Source: Chiloscyllium plagiosum (lineage: Eukaryota). From it: 38,630 nt of DNA. The DNA lies in NCBI RefSeq assembly GCF_004010195.1, contig NC_057718.1, positions 32,984,727 through 33,023,356 on the forward strand. Direction: 5' to 3'. This document shows, one piece after another, positions 11,605 through 23,983 of this stretch; position 1 is the first letter of the stretch, and each line of letters starts with the position of its first letter. The notes beneath the pieces were generated by a model. It was not told the DNA's origin. It saw nothing but the letters and a program-made list of their open reading frames with translations, and ran no database searches. A program made the translations under genes and the position numbers.

Positions 11605-12285
11605 GTTTGTAAGAAAGAGGAGCAGAATTAGGCCATTTGGCCCATTGGGTCTGCTCTGCCATTCAATCATGGCCGATATGCTCTGCACCCCCCTTTTCCT
11701 GCCTTCTCCCCATAACCCTTCAACCCATTACCAGTTAAATATCTGTCTAACTCCTCCTTAAATTTATTCACTGTTCCAGCATCCACCGCACTTTGGAGTA
11801 GCAAATTCCATAAAATTTACAACCCTTTGGGAGAAGTCGTTTCTCCTCAACTCTGTTTTAAATTTGCTACCCCTTATCCTATGACTACAATCTCTCATCT
11901 ATTTTACCCATACCTTTTATCATCTTGAATACCTCAACTTGATCTCCCCTCATTCTTTTAAATTCCAGAGAGTATAGGCCTAAACGGTTCAATTTCTCTT
12001 CATACGACAAGATCCTCAGCTCTGGGATCAATCTAGTGAATCTCCTCTGAACTACCTCCAATGCCACTATATCATTCCTCAAATAAGGGGACCAAAACTG
12101 TACACAATACTCCAAGTGCCATCTCACCAATGCCTTGTATAGTTGCAACAATAATTCCTTACTTTTATATTCTATTGCTTTAGCTATAAAAGCCATCATT
12201 CCATTCGCTTTCTTTATTATCTGCTATACCTGCATGCTAGTTTTTTGTGACTCAAGAATGAAGAGACCCAGATCCCTCTGTACTC
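11605..12285 (-). mobile_element. CR1 3' fragment (different subfamily)
   Basis: ORF 11885-12199 encodes LYKALVRWHLEYCVQFWSPYLR...RRFTRLIP. Confidence 0.88.
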
Positions 12286-12299
12286 ATTGCTTAGTCCTT

Positions 12300-12870
12300 T
12301 GAGTGTAGCATTTGGAATGTCATGTTGGGGTTGTCCAGAATATTAGTGAGGCCTCTTCTGGAGTACTGTGTCCAGTTCTGGTCATCAAAAGGATATTATT
12401 AAACTGGAGAGTTTCAAAGGAAATTTACCAGAATGTTGCTGGGTATGGAAGATTTGAGTTATAAAGAAAGGACGGACACACTGGGGGTTTTTACACTGGA
12501 GAATAGGAAGTTGAGAGGTGAAGTTTATAAAATCATAGGGTTAACGGTAGGTGCCTTTTCCCTAGGATGGGGAAGTTCAAGACTAGGGGGCACAATTTTA
12601 TTGTGAGAGGAGAGAGATTTAATGAAGATATGAGAGGCTAATTTTTAACAGAGGGTGGTTTGCATGTGGAATGAACTTCCTGAGGAAGTGGTGGACGTGG
12701 GTACAATTACACCATTTGAAACTTGGGTAAGTACAAGAAGAAGAATGGTTTGGAGGGATATGGGCCAGGAGCAGGCAGGTGGGACTAGTCTAGTTTGGGA
12801 TTATGTTTGGCATAGACTGGTTGGACTGAAGGGTTTGTATCCGTGCTGTATGACTCTATATGACTCTATA
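12300..12870 (+). mobile_element. CR1 3' fragment
   Basis: Encodes LEYCVQFW and WNELPEEVV; tail tatgactctatatgactcta. Confidence 0.85.
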
Positions 12871-13585
12871 AGATTTCAGCTGCAAACACAATTTTATTTA
12901 CATCCCTCCAAGGTTCTGTTACATGACAAAATCTTGAAGGATTTTTCACATTTCATGAGGGACCTTTCATTTGCTTTTATTTAAGTGGCCTTCCAACTTT
13001 CCTTTAAGAGCTCACCACTCTGGAATCCACACCTCCTTGTGAACACCAGAAAGTGCCTTAAAGCATCAGAAAGTAACTTTGGTTTCCAATAGCCAATTGC
13101 TACACTTTCAAACTGCACCCAAGCTGATTACTTCCAGAACAACAACAGCTACACTGTTAACTTATTTTCACTGATAGGTTTACTGTAGATATCTTCCATT
13201 AGCTTCCAGTTAAAAAAATACTTTAAGTTATTTCTCTCTTTACCAATCTTGTCATATGCTGAATACCCACTTCCAACCTCAGGATGCGTCATTGATGACG
13301 GATTTAGCATTTACTTTAATTCAGGAGTAGGTCAGTTTTATCTCTTGATTTCCAAAGAGCTGCATGCTGCATAAGACTCAAAGCTGACACAGTCTCTTAG
13401 CTGCTTTTCTAAATATCAGCTTTACCTGCTGGCTATTCCTAACTAAATCTACAGAGATAAGGTCAAAACAGAGAATTTCACTAAATTTCATTCATCTCCA
13501 TTGTAACGTCACACATCACTTGTTCGCAGTGTTAAGATCCCAGATCCCTGGCCATCAGTACTTTATTGGGAGAAAGTGATGCCTC

Positions 13586-13678
13586 GTTCCTGATGTAGAG
13601 CTTATGCTCGAAATGTCAATTCTCTGGCTCCTCAGATGCTACCTGATCGGCTGTGCTTTTCCAGTTCCACACTCTCAA
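13586..13678 (+). mobile_element. Short PLE terminus (family A), degenerate hammerhead
   Basis: TTC-CTGATGT-A-GAGC-TTAT-GCTC-GAAAT-GTC, followed by gatgctacctgatcggctgtgcttttccag. Confidence 0.75.
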
Positions 13679-13802
13679 TGCCAGTAAGTTATTTTTAAAT
13701 TAGGCAAAATTTGTGATCCAGACGATTAAGAAAATAAGGACTTGAGATCTTACAGTTTTGCATTAATCAAATAAATGCCATTACACTATGTTAGAACAGT
13801 TA

Positions 13803-14114
13803 GGGTGGCACAGTGGCTCAGTGGGTAGCACTGCTGCCTCGCAGTGCCAGGGACCCAGGTCCGATTCCAGCCTTGGGCGACTGTCAATGTGGAGTTTGCA
13901 CATTCTCCACATGTCTGTGTGGGTTTCCTCCGGGTGCTCCGGTTTCCTCCCGCAGTCCAAAGATGTGCAGGTTAGGTGAATTGGCCATGCTAAATTGCCC
14001 ATAGTGGTAGTAGGCAGGTGGGTGGGTTACTCTTTGGAGGGTCAGTGTGGACTTGTTGGGCCGAAGGGCCTGTTTCTGCACTGTAGGTGATCTAATCTAA
14101 TCTAATCTAATCTA
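13803..14114 (+). mobile_element. HE1-like SINE, full length
   Basis: gggtggcacagtggctcagtgg head, CR1-like tail and (tctaa)4. Confidence 0.9.
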
Positions 14115-14227
14115 CAATACACAAATGGCTTATTTCTAATACACAAAATTCACATGTAACAAATATGGGTGACTATGAACATGCCACATTACAAATGCGA
14201 TCAAGCAGCAAATACTATTAAGACAGT

Positions 14228-14322
14228 TTCCTGAAGAAGGGCTTATGCCCAAAAGGTCGATTCTCCTGTTCCCTGGATGCTGCCCGACCTGCTGCGCTTT
14301 TCCAGCAACACATTTTCAGCTC
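14228..14322 (+). mobile_element. Short PLE terminus (family A)
   Basis: TTC-CTGAAGA-A-GGGC-TTAT-GCCC-AAAAG-GTC-GATT...gacctgctgcgcttttccagcaacac. Confidence 0.82.
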
Positions 14323-14329
14323 ATCAACA

Positions 14330-14560
14330 GTCACGCCCACCTGTCCCTGACCATTCTAAGTTGTGAGACTGACTCCTTGAATAACCGATTCAGCTAGCTC
14401 ACCTCCTGTCTGACGTATTAATGTGTCTGTACTTCAGCCTCCCACTCAAAGACTCTGAGCGGAAGTTGCTCAAACATCAAACATTTATAACAGACATGCT
14501 TGCCCTGGAACACAATGGCATCCAGGAGCTCCCATTTGCAACATGCTTGAAACATTACTG
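14330..14560 (-). mobile_element. CR1 ORF1 N-terminal fragment
   Basis: Minus strand reads ACCKWELLDAIVFQGKHVCYKCLMFEQLPLRVFEWEAEV, the same Cys pattern as the CR1 ORF1 start. Confidence 0.6.
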
Positions 14561-14799
14561 GAATTGCTGTCTTGACTGAGTTTTAATAATTTAATTATAT
14601 TTGCTTGCTCATGTATCCTTTTATATATTTTATTAACTTTACCATCAATCTTGAAATTTAAGAAGTGACTGTTGATGAGACAGGTAGGGGGATATGAAGG
14701 GCAGGATTTTCAGTGTCTGCAATTGTCCAATAGATTTGAAGTTTTCTCAGCCTGTCTAAATGAGAGTGGGGCAGCAGGGTGGCATGCAAACTAACCATT

Positions 14800-16420
14800 A
14801 AAGTGGGAGAAGCAACAAGAATTGTAGGAGGTGATTGTATACTGAGGGGGATTGAAACCATTCTTGGCAGCAAATCACAAGAATTTGCATGAGGAAAGTG
14901 TTATGGGCTGACAAATCTTTGGGTCCTGGTGAGTTTGATCCCAGGGTTTTAAAGAAGGTGTTAATGAGGGGGTAGAAGCGTTGGTGTTAATTTCTCTGAA
15001 TGCACTGTAATGAGGAAAGGTTCCATCAGATTGGCCCTTTCGAGACCCCTCTATTCAAGAAATGGAGGGGGAAGACAGGAAACCATGGGTCTGTTAGCTT
15101 GATGGTTGTGTGGGAAAGTGTTATCAATTGTTCAAAAATTTTTAACTGCAAACTTAGAAAAATATAAGGTAATCAGGAAGAGTCAACATGGCTTTGCAAA
15201 AGAGAAATTATGTTTAAGCAATATATTTAAAGTTCTTTGAAGGTGTAATTTGCATTATGAATAAAGTTAGGGTTTTAGAGGTCCTTGAATTTCCAGAATG
15301 CATGTGATAAGGTGTAACATCAAAGATTATTGGCGAAAATAAACGCTCATAATGTAAGGGGTAACGTATGACATATGGTAACAAAGGATAGAAAATTAGC
15401 TGACTGGCAGAAACCAAACATATTGCACACATTGGACTTTGGGTGATTGGCAAGTTGTAAAAGGTGCACTTACACAGGGTCTGTGCTGGGTCCTCATGTC
15501 AGCATAATTTACATTAATGACCTAACTGAGGGGAGCAAATGCATGGCAGCTCAATTTGCAAATGACACCAAGATAGGTTTAAAAGTAGTTGTATAGGAGA
15601 TATTTGGAAATTGCAGATAGATATGGATGGTTGAGAGTGTGGGCAAAAAATCTGGCATTGGAGTTTAATGTGGAAGAATGTAAAGTTCTCACTTTGGCAA
15701 AAGGGATATTAAAAGCAGGGTATTGCTTAAAGAGAGAATGACAGTAAAACTCTGAAGTGCAGAGGGATTGCAGATGCATAAGTCACAAAAAGTTGATATG
15801 CAGTTGCAGCACACAATGAAAGGGGCTAATGGAGTGCTATCCTTGATCCTGTGAGTAATTGAATATTAAAGTAAGAACATTATTCTTCAATTAAGTGCTT
15901 TGGTGGCATTACACCTTGAACTCCACTTTGTGCAGTTTTAGTCTCCTAATTTAACGAAGGCTGTAAATGCATTGGAAGCAGTACAGGAGAGATTTACCAA
16001 ATTAATACCTGCGGTAAATTGATAGATTGAAAAGCTGGGCATTAGAAGAGTGATGGCTGACTTGATTGAACTGTATTAGGTTCTGAATGGTAGCGATGAG
16101 GTGGGCATATAAAAGGATGATTCCATTTGTGGGTTAGTCCAGAACTTTTAAAATTAGGGGCTACCTTTTCAAGATAGAGATAGAAGTTTTTTCTCTCAGA
16201 AAGTTGTGTGTCTTGGAATTCTCAGGCTCAGAAGACAGCGCTCAAGTGGAATCACAGAGCATGTTTACGATAGAGGTGGATAGATTCACGTTAATCAGAG
16301 TAATCAAGGGTTATTGAGGGTATACTGGAATATGGAATACCAAACTGAAACCTATTAGCCATGATCTTACAAAGTGTCAGAGACCGAATAGTCTATTCTG
16401 CCTCTATTTCATTTGTAGCA
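14800..16420 (+). mobile_element. Old, heavily decayed CR1 LINE
   Basis: Remnants of SQHGF, QGSVLGP, QFANDTKI and RFTKLIP. Confidence 0.8.
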
Positions 16421-17253
16421 TGGCGCCTTCAACATGTGCATCTCCTTCAGTGCAAGCATTAGAAGTTGCCTGGTTTTCTTTGTATGCTAAAATGAAAGGC
16501 AAGACAGAGATGCATTGAACCTGTCAGTTCCGAATGAAGCAGCAATGCCTTAAAAGGCAAGACTACACAGAGATGCTGTGAGCATCCGAGCAAATGCAAA
16601 GTGAGTGAGCTCAAGAAAGCAAGCTAACAGCACTGACATGCAGATGTATGAGATGAGTGTATATCCCTGCATGCAGAGTAACTTGGCAGAACGATTGCAA
16701 TGTAATGTGTCAGTTCCAAATTGCAACAGTGAAGTGCTAATGTCTTCTGAAGTAATCTAAGATGTATCATGGTGATGTGGAGAGGCTGGTATTTTGCCAA
16801 TGCAAAATCTGTGGAGGGCGTTGGCAGTCACCACCCATGGAACATGTCCTGAGAAATTGGGAAATAGAGACATGGAGACTTGGAGAAAACATTGGAAAAC
16901 TGCACCTGCCAGGTAACTATTCAGACTTTCAAGTTGGAAATTGGACCATCTAATTTTCTCACTGAAATCTGAGAAATCACAAACTGCATAGAAATAAACG
17001 AAGATCAGCTAAATATGATATGCTAATACATTCAAATAGGTTTCTCATCACTTATTAATTGTCTAACAGTTGAAACCTTAATGGCAAAATCAGACTTTTT
17101 TTCTAGTTTAGAATCTTATTTTTCCATTTCCCCCATTCTCCCAAATTTCCCCTGTGGCCCAAGCCACTTGGGGAGAATTTCACTGGCAAGGTTTGAAAGC
17201 ATGAAATACAAAACAGCTGCCAGGTTTCTAGATTTACTTAAGGATGACTTCAG

Positions 17254-17319
17254 GACACATAATAAAAAGACAGTGGAGGAAATGACACATAATAAAACAA
17301 CAGTGGAGGAAATGACACA
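17254..17319. repeat. 30-bp tandem duplication (2.2 copies)
   Basis: gacacataataaaa(ag/ca)acagtggaggaaat repeated twice. Confidence 0.95.
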
Positions 17320-17444
17320 AGGATTTTAAAATAAATATTAAATGTGATTTTAAAAGATTATTTATATCCTGAAAGGCAAGTTTCTGTTTGCCAACATAAA
17401 TGGTCTTTGTAAGAGGCAACATTTTTAACACGTCTATTCACAGG

Positions 17445-17925
17445 CAAGGGACATCACTGGCCAGACCGACATCTGTGGGTTATTCCTAATTGCTTGGAAG
17501 ATAGTTCAGAGCCAATTATAATGCTTCAAGTCTGGAGACACATGTCAGCCAAGCCAGGTAAGGGCAGCAATTTCCTTCCCTCAAAGACATTATTTTGTCC
17601 TGGACAATTGATATCAGTAGACTTTTAATTCCATTCTTCTACTGAATACAAGTTTCACTATTTGCCAAGGTGGGATTTGAACTCAGAGCATTACCTGGGT
17701 ACATACATTAATAATCGATAATGTGGTGCTGGAAAAGCACAGCAGGTCAGACAGCATCCGAAGAGCAGGAAAATTGATGTTTCGGGCACGGCTTTTGCCT
17801 GAAACGCCGATTTTCCTGCTCCTCGGGTGCTTTTCCAGCCCCACACTCTCGATTCTAATTCCCAGCATCTGCAGTCCTCACTTTCTCCCTACATTAATAG
17901 TCTAGCATTGGCATCACTTCCCTCA
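17445..17925 (-). mobile_element. Second tRNA-derived SINE family, decayed, interrupted by a PLE palindrome
   Basis: B-box-like gagttcaaatcccacc on the minus strand; body tctggagacacatgtcagccaagccaggtaagggcagcaatttccttccc is a recalled shark SINE body. Confidence 0.55.
17714..17889. mobile_element. Fold-back PLE terminus (family A) with 10-bp TSD
   Basis: tacattaata at 17704-17713 and 17890-17899; the inverted arms join inside hammerhead stem II. Confidence 0.85.
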
Positions 17926-18502
17926 AACCTACTAGAAAACCATACATGGGTGAGAGCAAATTGCAAAGATCTTGATGAATGGGAAAAATATAGAGGATGC
18001 AAAAACAAATAGTAAGAGCTAATTAAAGGGAATTATGAGAAAAAAAAACTGACAAGCGACATCAAAATCTACAAACATTTTTTTTCATCTAATTATATTA
18101 AATGAATGAAGGTGGCCAGGAGCTCCTTACAGAGAGTAGCAATATTATAAATGCAAATAAGGAAGTAGTAGACTTGTTAAATAATTATTTTTGCATCCTA
18201 ATTTCAATTGAGGAAGAAGATGGCATACCCAGGTATCCCAAGGAAACAATACACAATCAGGGACAGGATCAAGCAGTGATCAGGGCTGAGGAAAGAATAC
18301 TAGAAGCTGAATTGTACTGGCATGTAGGCTGAGTGAGGAACATAGAACCCATACAGGAACACATTTGAAACATTGACTTTATATTTTGAACCCCAGATCA
18401 ATGTTACTTCTGAATGGTATGTGTTCAACATCAGAAAGCAGGGGGAGAGGGAGACTATTGATTAGCATGTGTTGGTGCCTATGTGTTGAATCCTATGATC
18501 TT

Positions 18503-18647
18503 GACAAAGTCAGAAGTCACATGACACCTGACGAACGAGCAGTGCTCCAAAAGCTGGTGGTTTCAAATATACCTATTGGACTATAACCTGGTGTTGTGTG
18601 ACCTCTGACTTTGTTCACCCCAGTCCAACAATGGCACCTTCACACAA
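18503..18647 (+). mobile_element. Short PLE-like terminus (family B) with hammerhead motif
   Basis: CAC-CTGACGA-AC-GAGC-AGT-GCTC-C-AAAAG-CTG-GTG at 18525-18559. The 5' segment acaaagtcagaagtcacatgacacc is an inverted copy of ggtgttgtgtgacctctgactttgt. Confidence 0.65.
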
Positions 18648-18984
18648 TGACTTTGAGGAACTGAAGGACAAGCTCATCAGAGATAGGATGGTCCTATCAT
18701 GACAGCACAGTGAAAGCCCTTTAGCTATTTGGTTCTAGTCTAGCCTCACATTCTAGCTGTTGATCCATAACCTTGTCGATTATGGCACTTCAAGTGTACA
18801 CACAAACATTTTTAAAAAGTTTTGTTCACAAGATGTGTGCACTTCATGCTCGGCCAGCATTTCTCACCCTGAAGGAGGTGGTGATGAGCTGCTTAGTTTT
18901 CTCGCTTTTTCTTGCTTTTTCCTCATTATCTTTGATTCTCTTATTGATTATGAAGCTGTTTGTTTCAATCTTGAACATATTTAA

Positions 18985-19305
18985 CAACACAACCTTCTGT
19001 ACTAAATAATTCCATGGATTGATTACCCTCTGAAAGAATAGAATCCCACTATCTCTGTCTTAAATGGGTGACTCTTTACTGTGAGATTATGCCCTCTGCT
19101 TTTGGACTGTCCAAAAAAGGAGACAGTCTCTCCACACCTACCCTGTGAAGCCTCCAAAGAATCTTGTATGTGTGAATAAGGTCACTTCTCATTCTTCTAA
19201 ACCCCCCAACAAGTACAGAACCAGACTGTCTTTGGACTGCCTCCAATACCAATATATTTCTCCTTAGATGTATGAGCCAAAACTGATCATTGTATTCTAA
19301 GTGTA
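18985..19305 (-). mobile_element. CR1 3' fragment
   Basis: Encodes HLEYNDQFW..LEAVQR..RMRSDLIHTYKI. Confidence 0.75.
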
Positions 19306-20600
19306 TGTGTGAAAGAGGGATGGACAGGGCCAAATTATGATATACTTTGGTGACTAAGATGAGTCTTTCCAGTCTGCATGACATTACTTGTGCATCACAG
19401 CCATTAGTAGGATTGATTTGTAATGGTAAGTGAAGTGGTCCTGATTGCTTGTGGCCAGGATTTTTAGTCAACACTGATAGCTAATGAATGAGGTCCACAC
19501 ATAACATGAAGTGGTAACAGTAGTCTTTTGCCTGTACTTTGCAGGTATATGTTTAACTCTATTGTCCTTAGAGCATTCTCTCATTATACAAAAGTGGAAC
19601 CCCTTCCCTCAGAAATAAAAAAAAATGTCCTCCACATGGTGGCAGCCATTTTCACTTCCATTGCCCAATTTCAATTTGTGTGGGGGGAAGGGCAGCAGTA
19701 GACCACTCTTCATAAAGTGAGTCATCAACTCAGCCGCTCAGTCTAGGTGAGCCCCAGACCTTCATGTTCCTTTCTACCTTGTCCTTCCTGTCAACCTCAG
19801 ATCTACCCCACCCAAACTGTTTCTTTAATTGCATGTCTTCTTACTTCTCCCCTCCTTCCCCCAAGAGGACACAGTGTCTTGCCCCACAATGAAGCCAGAG
19901 TATTGGTGACCATCAATGAACACTGCTCCCTCCACACAATATCCCATGCTCTCCCACGCTGTATCTGGTGCGAGACCTGGCTGATCTCTGTGTGGGTTTC
20001 CATTTGACTTACTGCCAGTCCCTGGACTGATTAAACTGGAGCTGCAGGACTGAGTATGGCCCACTCTCCTAACTGTATTGATATGGACTCCCTGACTCTG
20101 ATTATCCCAAGTGGATGACTGATCATGCCAAATCCCTGGACTGAGATCGAGTGATGACCTTGGGACCCTGACTGAAGATAGTTCCTGGCACCTTGGATAA
20201 GGACTAATTTATTTATGCATTCAGACATAGTGTCTTTGTCTGAAACACATTCATTGTGTTCTCTATACCGTATACATTGCTGGCACATGCTGAAAAGTAA
20301 GACAGAAGTGCAGTGAGCCTGTAAGTTCTAAACAAAGTAGCAGTGTGGGAGGTTGCAAGGCTGAAATGCTGTGAACATCTGGGTGGGCTGTAAGTGAGCA
20401 GGTGGTAAGAACCAAGTGACTAGCCCTGAGATGCACTGAGATCCAATCCATGGGTTTCTTTTACACAAAATGGCCTGGCAGCAGCATTGTAATCAAAATT
20501 GTGTGTGTGCTCCAAAGTACAGTATTGAAGTGGAGGACAGTATTCTAAGTGAGCTGAGAAAGTGCCATGAGTTTGTCGTGAGGCTGGCATGAGTCCAATG

Positions 20601-21586
20601 TTGAGAGTGTGGTGCTGGAAAAGCACAGCAGGTCAGGCAGCATCCAAGGAGCAGGAAAATCTATGTTTCGGGCAGGAGCCCTTCATCAGGAATGTGGCTG
20701 GGAGCCCCTCGTTGGAGAGATAGATGGGAGGTGGGTGGGGCTGGGGAGAAGGTAGCTGAGAGTGCAATAAGTGGATGGAGGTGGGTATAAAGGTGATAGG
20801 TTGGAGAGGAGGGTGGAGTGGACAGGTGGGAAGGAAGATTGACAGATGGGAAGGTCATGAGGGTAGTGCTGAGCTGGAAGGTTGGAACTGGGGTAAGGTG
20901 AGGGGAGGGGAAATGAGGAAACTGGTGAAATCCATATTGATGCTCTAGGGTTGGAGGGGCCCGAGGCAGAAGAGGAGCCGTTCTTCCTCCAGGCGTCGGA
21001 TGTGAGGGAGTGGTGATGGAGGAGGCTCAGGACCTGCATGTCCTCGGCGGAGTGGGAGGGGGAGTTGAAATGTTCAGCCATGGGGCAGTGGGGTTGATTG
21101 GTGTGGGTGTCCCGGAGATGTTCTCTAAAGCACTCTACGAGAAAGCGTCCAGTCTCCTCAGTGTAGAAGAGACCGCATCGGGAGCAACGGATACAATAAA
21201 TGACATGTGCAGGTGAAACTTTGATGGATGTGGAAGGCTCCTTTGGGGTCTTGGGTGGAGGTGAGAGGGGAGGTGTGGGCGCAGGTTTTGCAATTCCTGT
21301 GATGACAGGGGAAGGTGCAAGGAGGGGAGGGTGGATTGTTAGGGGGCATGTACCTGACCCAGTAGTCACGGAGGGAACAGTCTTTGCAGAATGCAGATAG
21401 GGGTGGGGAGGGAAATATATCCCCAGTAGTGGGGTCCATTTGTAGGTGTCGGAAATGTCGGCGGATGATGCGATTTATGTGGAGGTTGGTGGGGTGGAAG
21501 GTGAAGACCAGGGGGTTCTGTCCTTGTTGTAGTTGGACGGGTGAGTTTTGAGGGCAGAGGTGCGGGACGTGGATGAGATGCGTTGG
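20601..21586 (-). mobile_element. 5'-truncated Penelope-like element with GIY-YIG endonuclease remnant and hammerhead terminus (family A parent)
   Basis: HVIYCIRCSRCGLFYTEETGR..FREHLRD..AEHFNSPSHS has the GIY-YIG/CCHH pattern, preceded by TFPCHHRNCKTC. The 3' end carries ATTC-CTGATGA-A-GGGC-TCCT-GCCC-GAAAC-ATA-GATT at 20658-20693. Confidence 0.9.
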
Positions 21587-22837
21587 TCAAGCTCTCAGGA
21601 TAGGAGGGGTCAGCATTTGCTCTCTACCTGCTTCAGGGGAGAGATCACTTTGTAGGTGAATTACCTCTTTCACTCACCCCTTTCATCCTCTTGTTCTCTC
21701 AACAGTGTGGCATTTTCATTGTTTTATTCCATACTTATTCTATCTGCTTCTTTTTATAATGTGTCTCATCATATCTCCTGTCCTCATTGTAACTGAGCGC
21801 CACGTTTACTTTCCATCTTATATCTCATTCACTTGCCTCTTTGTGTTTTTTATGCAGATGTAAGTGACACAAAAAGACAGTGTAGGCCAGTTTGTTTGGG
21901 CTGCTCCTAAATTAATCTTACTCTCCTGAACTTCATAGGTAGGCTATCAAAGATGGATGCATCATCCCCACCTTACTCCATCATCACCAACACATCTTTT
22001 ACTGCAGCTGCCTCAGTTTTTGGAGTCAAACTGTGTACTCAGTTCCTCAGCAGAGGTTAAATGCCATTGTAACATTTGGTTTCACGTAAGAATTACTCCA
22101 CACACATTTAACTGAAATCTGAAACTGTTGCTCCTCTGGTTCTCAAATTTCATGCAAATTTTTCCCCTCAGTTCTGCGGTGTCCCATTTCTGATACCTGC
22201 TGCACTGAAGGTTTGAAGATTTGGAACAATCAGCATCTAATATAAACATCACAGGGCAGTGGGTGAAGGACTTAGTGGTTAGCTCATCAATCATGCCAAA
22301 GTGGGGAATACTGCCAAAACAGTCCAAAAACTAAACACAGACAGCATCATAGGAGAGGCACAGAGTGGTGAGCAATGAATTCTGCCTACCCACCCTGCTC
22401 AAGAAATTTCCGAAGCAGATGATTCTTGAAAAGTGTGAAGAACCTAAAACTTGCCATGGCAGCAATGGGTGTGCAAAGGTGTCAAACACTATTATACAGG
22501 TTTCCCACAATAGTGTGAACAAGCACTAAACAAAACCTTTATTTATAGAAGAACTAGAAAACTGCCTTTAAGGCAACCTTATACAAGTAGTCACTTTTCC
22601 TAGGGTAGTCACAGGGAGTGAAACTCAATAGTGGAGTGCTAATGTTAAAGGCAAAGGACATCACGTGAACTTAAATAGGCATTGTTTTTTTTTTCTGATG
22701 GACTCAATTGGTTAAAAACAAGTTACTCTGTAGTCTTTATCTTCAAGAGCCAAGAGGAACCAACCTCAAAGTCAATAGTCAGCTGCAAACAACATTCGGG
22801 CCACATAGGCAGGGAAACCTCAGGTACATTATCTGCT

Positions 22838-22893
22838 ATTGACTGGCTGTGTATGCATCAGGCACATTGACTGGCTGTGTATGCATCAAGCTC
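22838..22893. repeat. 28-bp tandem duplication
   Basis: attgactggctgtgtatgcatca(ggcac/agctc) repeated twice. Confidence 0.95.
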
Positions 22894-23439
22894 ATTCTTA
22901 AAGTGGAAATAAAGTGTCAACGAACAGAAATCAGTAAGCTCAATTAAACAGATATTTCCTAAGATTTTCAGGAACATGGGAAAAGCCTAACACGGGAGTT
23001 GGTGCTCTATATCATGATACAAACTGTGACTGAGCCCTTAGTGGCCAGTGTTACCAACAACACTCAAGGTAATGGTATGTTCCTGCATTTTATCCCTCTT
23101 CTCAATTCCTACCACATCCTCAGCTTGCTATGACGTGCAAGCTGCAGATGATGTAGCTATGGGCTTCTAGTTTTACATCTCACCATCATCCCACCTCATT
23201 CCAACCTTCTTCTTATTTTGTGCTTTCAGATACCCAAGAGCTGCTTCCTTGATATTCATGGCAGCCCCAGGAGGAAGAGAAAAAAATGCACCAGCCCCTC
23301 TGAGGAAGAAGCACTATTACTGCATCTGACATTTGACAGCAACTTGCATATATGTCATAATTTTGGCATACAGATGGTCTCACCGAACTTCTCAGAATCC
23401 TATAAATCAAAATATATCATTTAGCCATCTACGAAGATC

Positions 23440-23940
23440 AAGTGACTGGACATCAGTCACAGAGGTCGGTTTTAAAGAGTATTTAAAAGGAAAAAATGAG
23501 GGAGAAAGGTGGTGAGGGTTCAAGAACAAATGTCAGAGTTTATGGCCCTAGGTCACTGAAACCATGGCCACCAATGCTTGAGTGATTAAAATTGAGAATG
23601 CTGAAGAGTCTAAAATATGCAAAAGGAATTGTCGGGCCAGAGGAGATTACAGATATAAGAATGAAGGGATTTCAAAACTCAAATTAGAATTTTAAAAGTG
23701 AGGCATTGTTTAACCAAGAGCCAATGTAGGTAAAGAGATAGATGAATGGGTCTTGGTGCCACTTAGGAGATATTTGGATATATGTTTAGGAGACAGGCCA
23801 AGAGTAAAATAGACTAGTCAAACCTCAAGATAATAAAGACATGAATGAGGATTTCAGCAGCAGATCAGCTGGCATACAGAGAGGGTTTGGATGATTTTGT
23901 AGTGGACTCTCAGTGACGATAGGCAATGTGATTGGAAGCC
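23440..23940 (-). mobile_element. L2-type LINE 3' region, decayed
   Basis: Similar to 1283-1440 and 10745-10965; the minus strand reads roughly LIHVFIILRFD*SI, resembling L2 LIHAFVTSRLDYSN. Confidence 0.55.
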
Positions 23941-23983
23941 TACCTGAGACCTCTAGCTGAGATCCTGGCACTGCATGTACCTT

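Noticed and set aside
19803..20300. Possible minus-strand exon after cttttcag (MCQQCIRYRE...)
   Set aside because: No recognisable homology, a stop at 20031 and no partner exons.
17254..22893. The 30-bp and 28-bp direct repeats as a CRISPR-like array
   Set aside because: Each is two adjacent copies with no spacer, in a eukaryotic context; they are simple tandem duplications.
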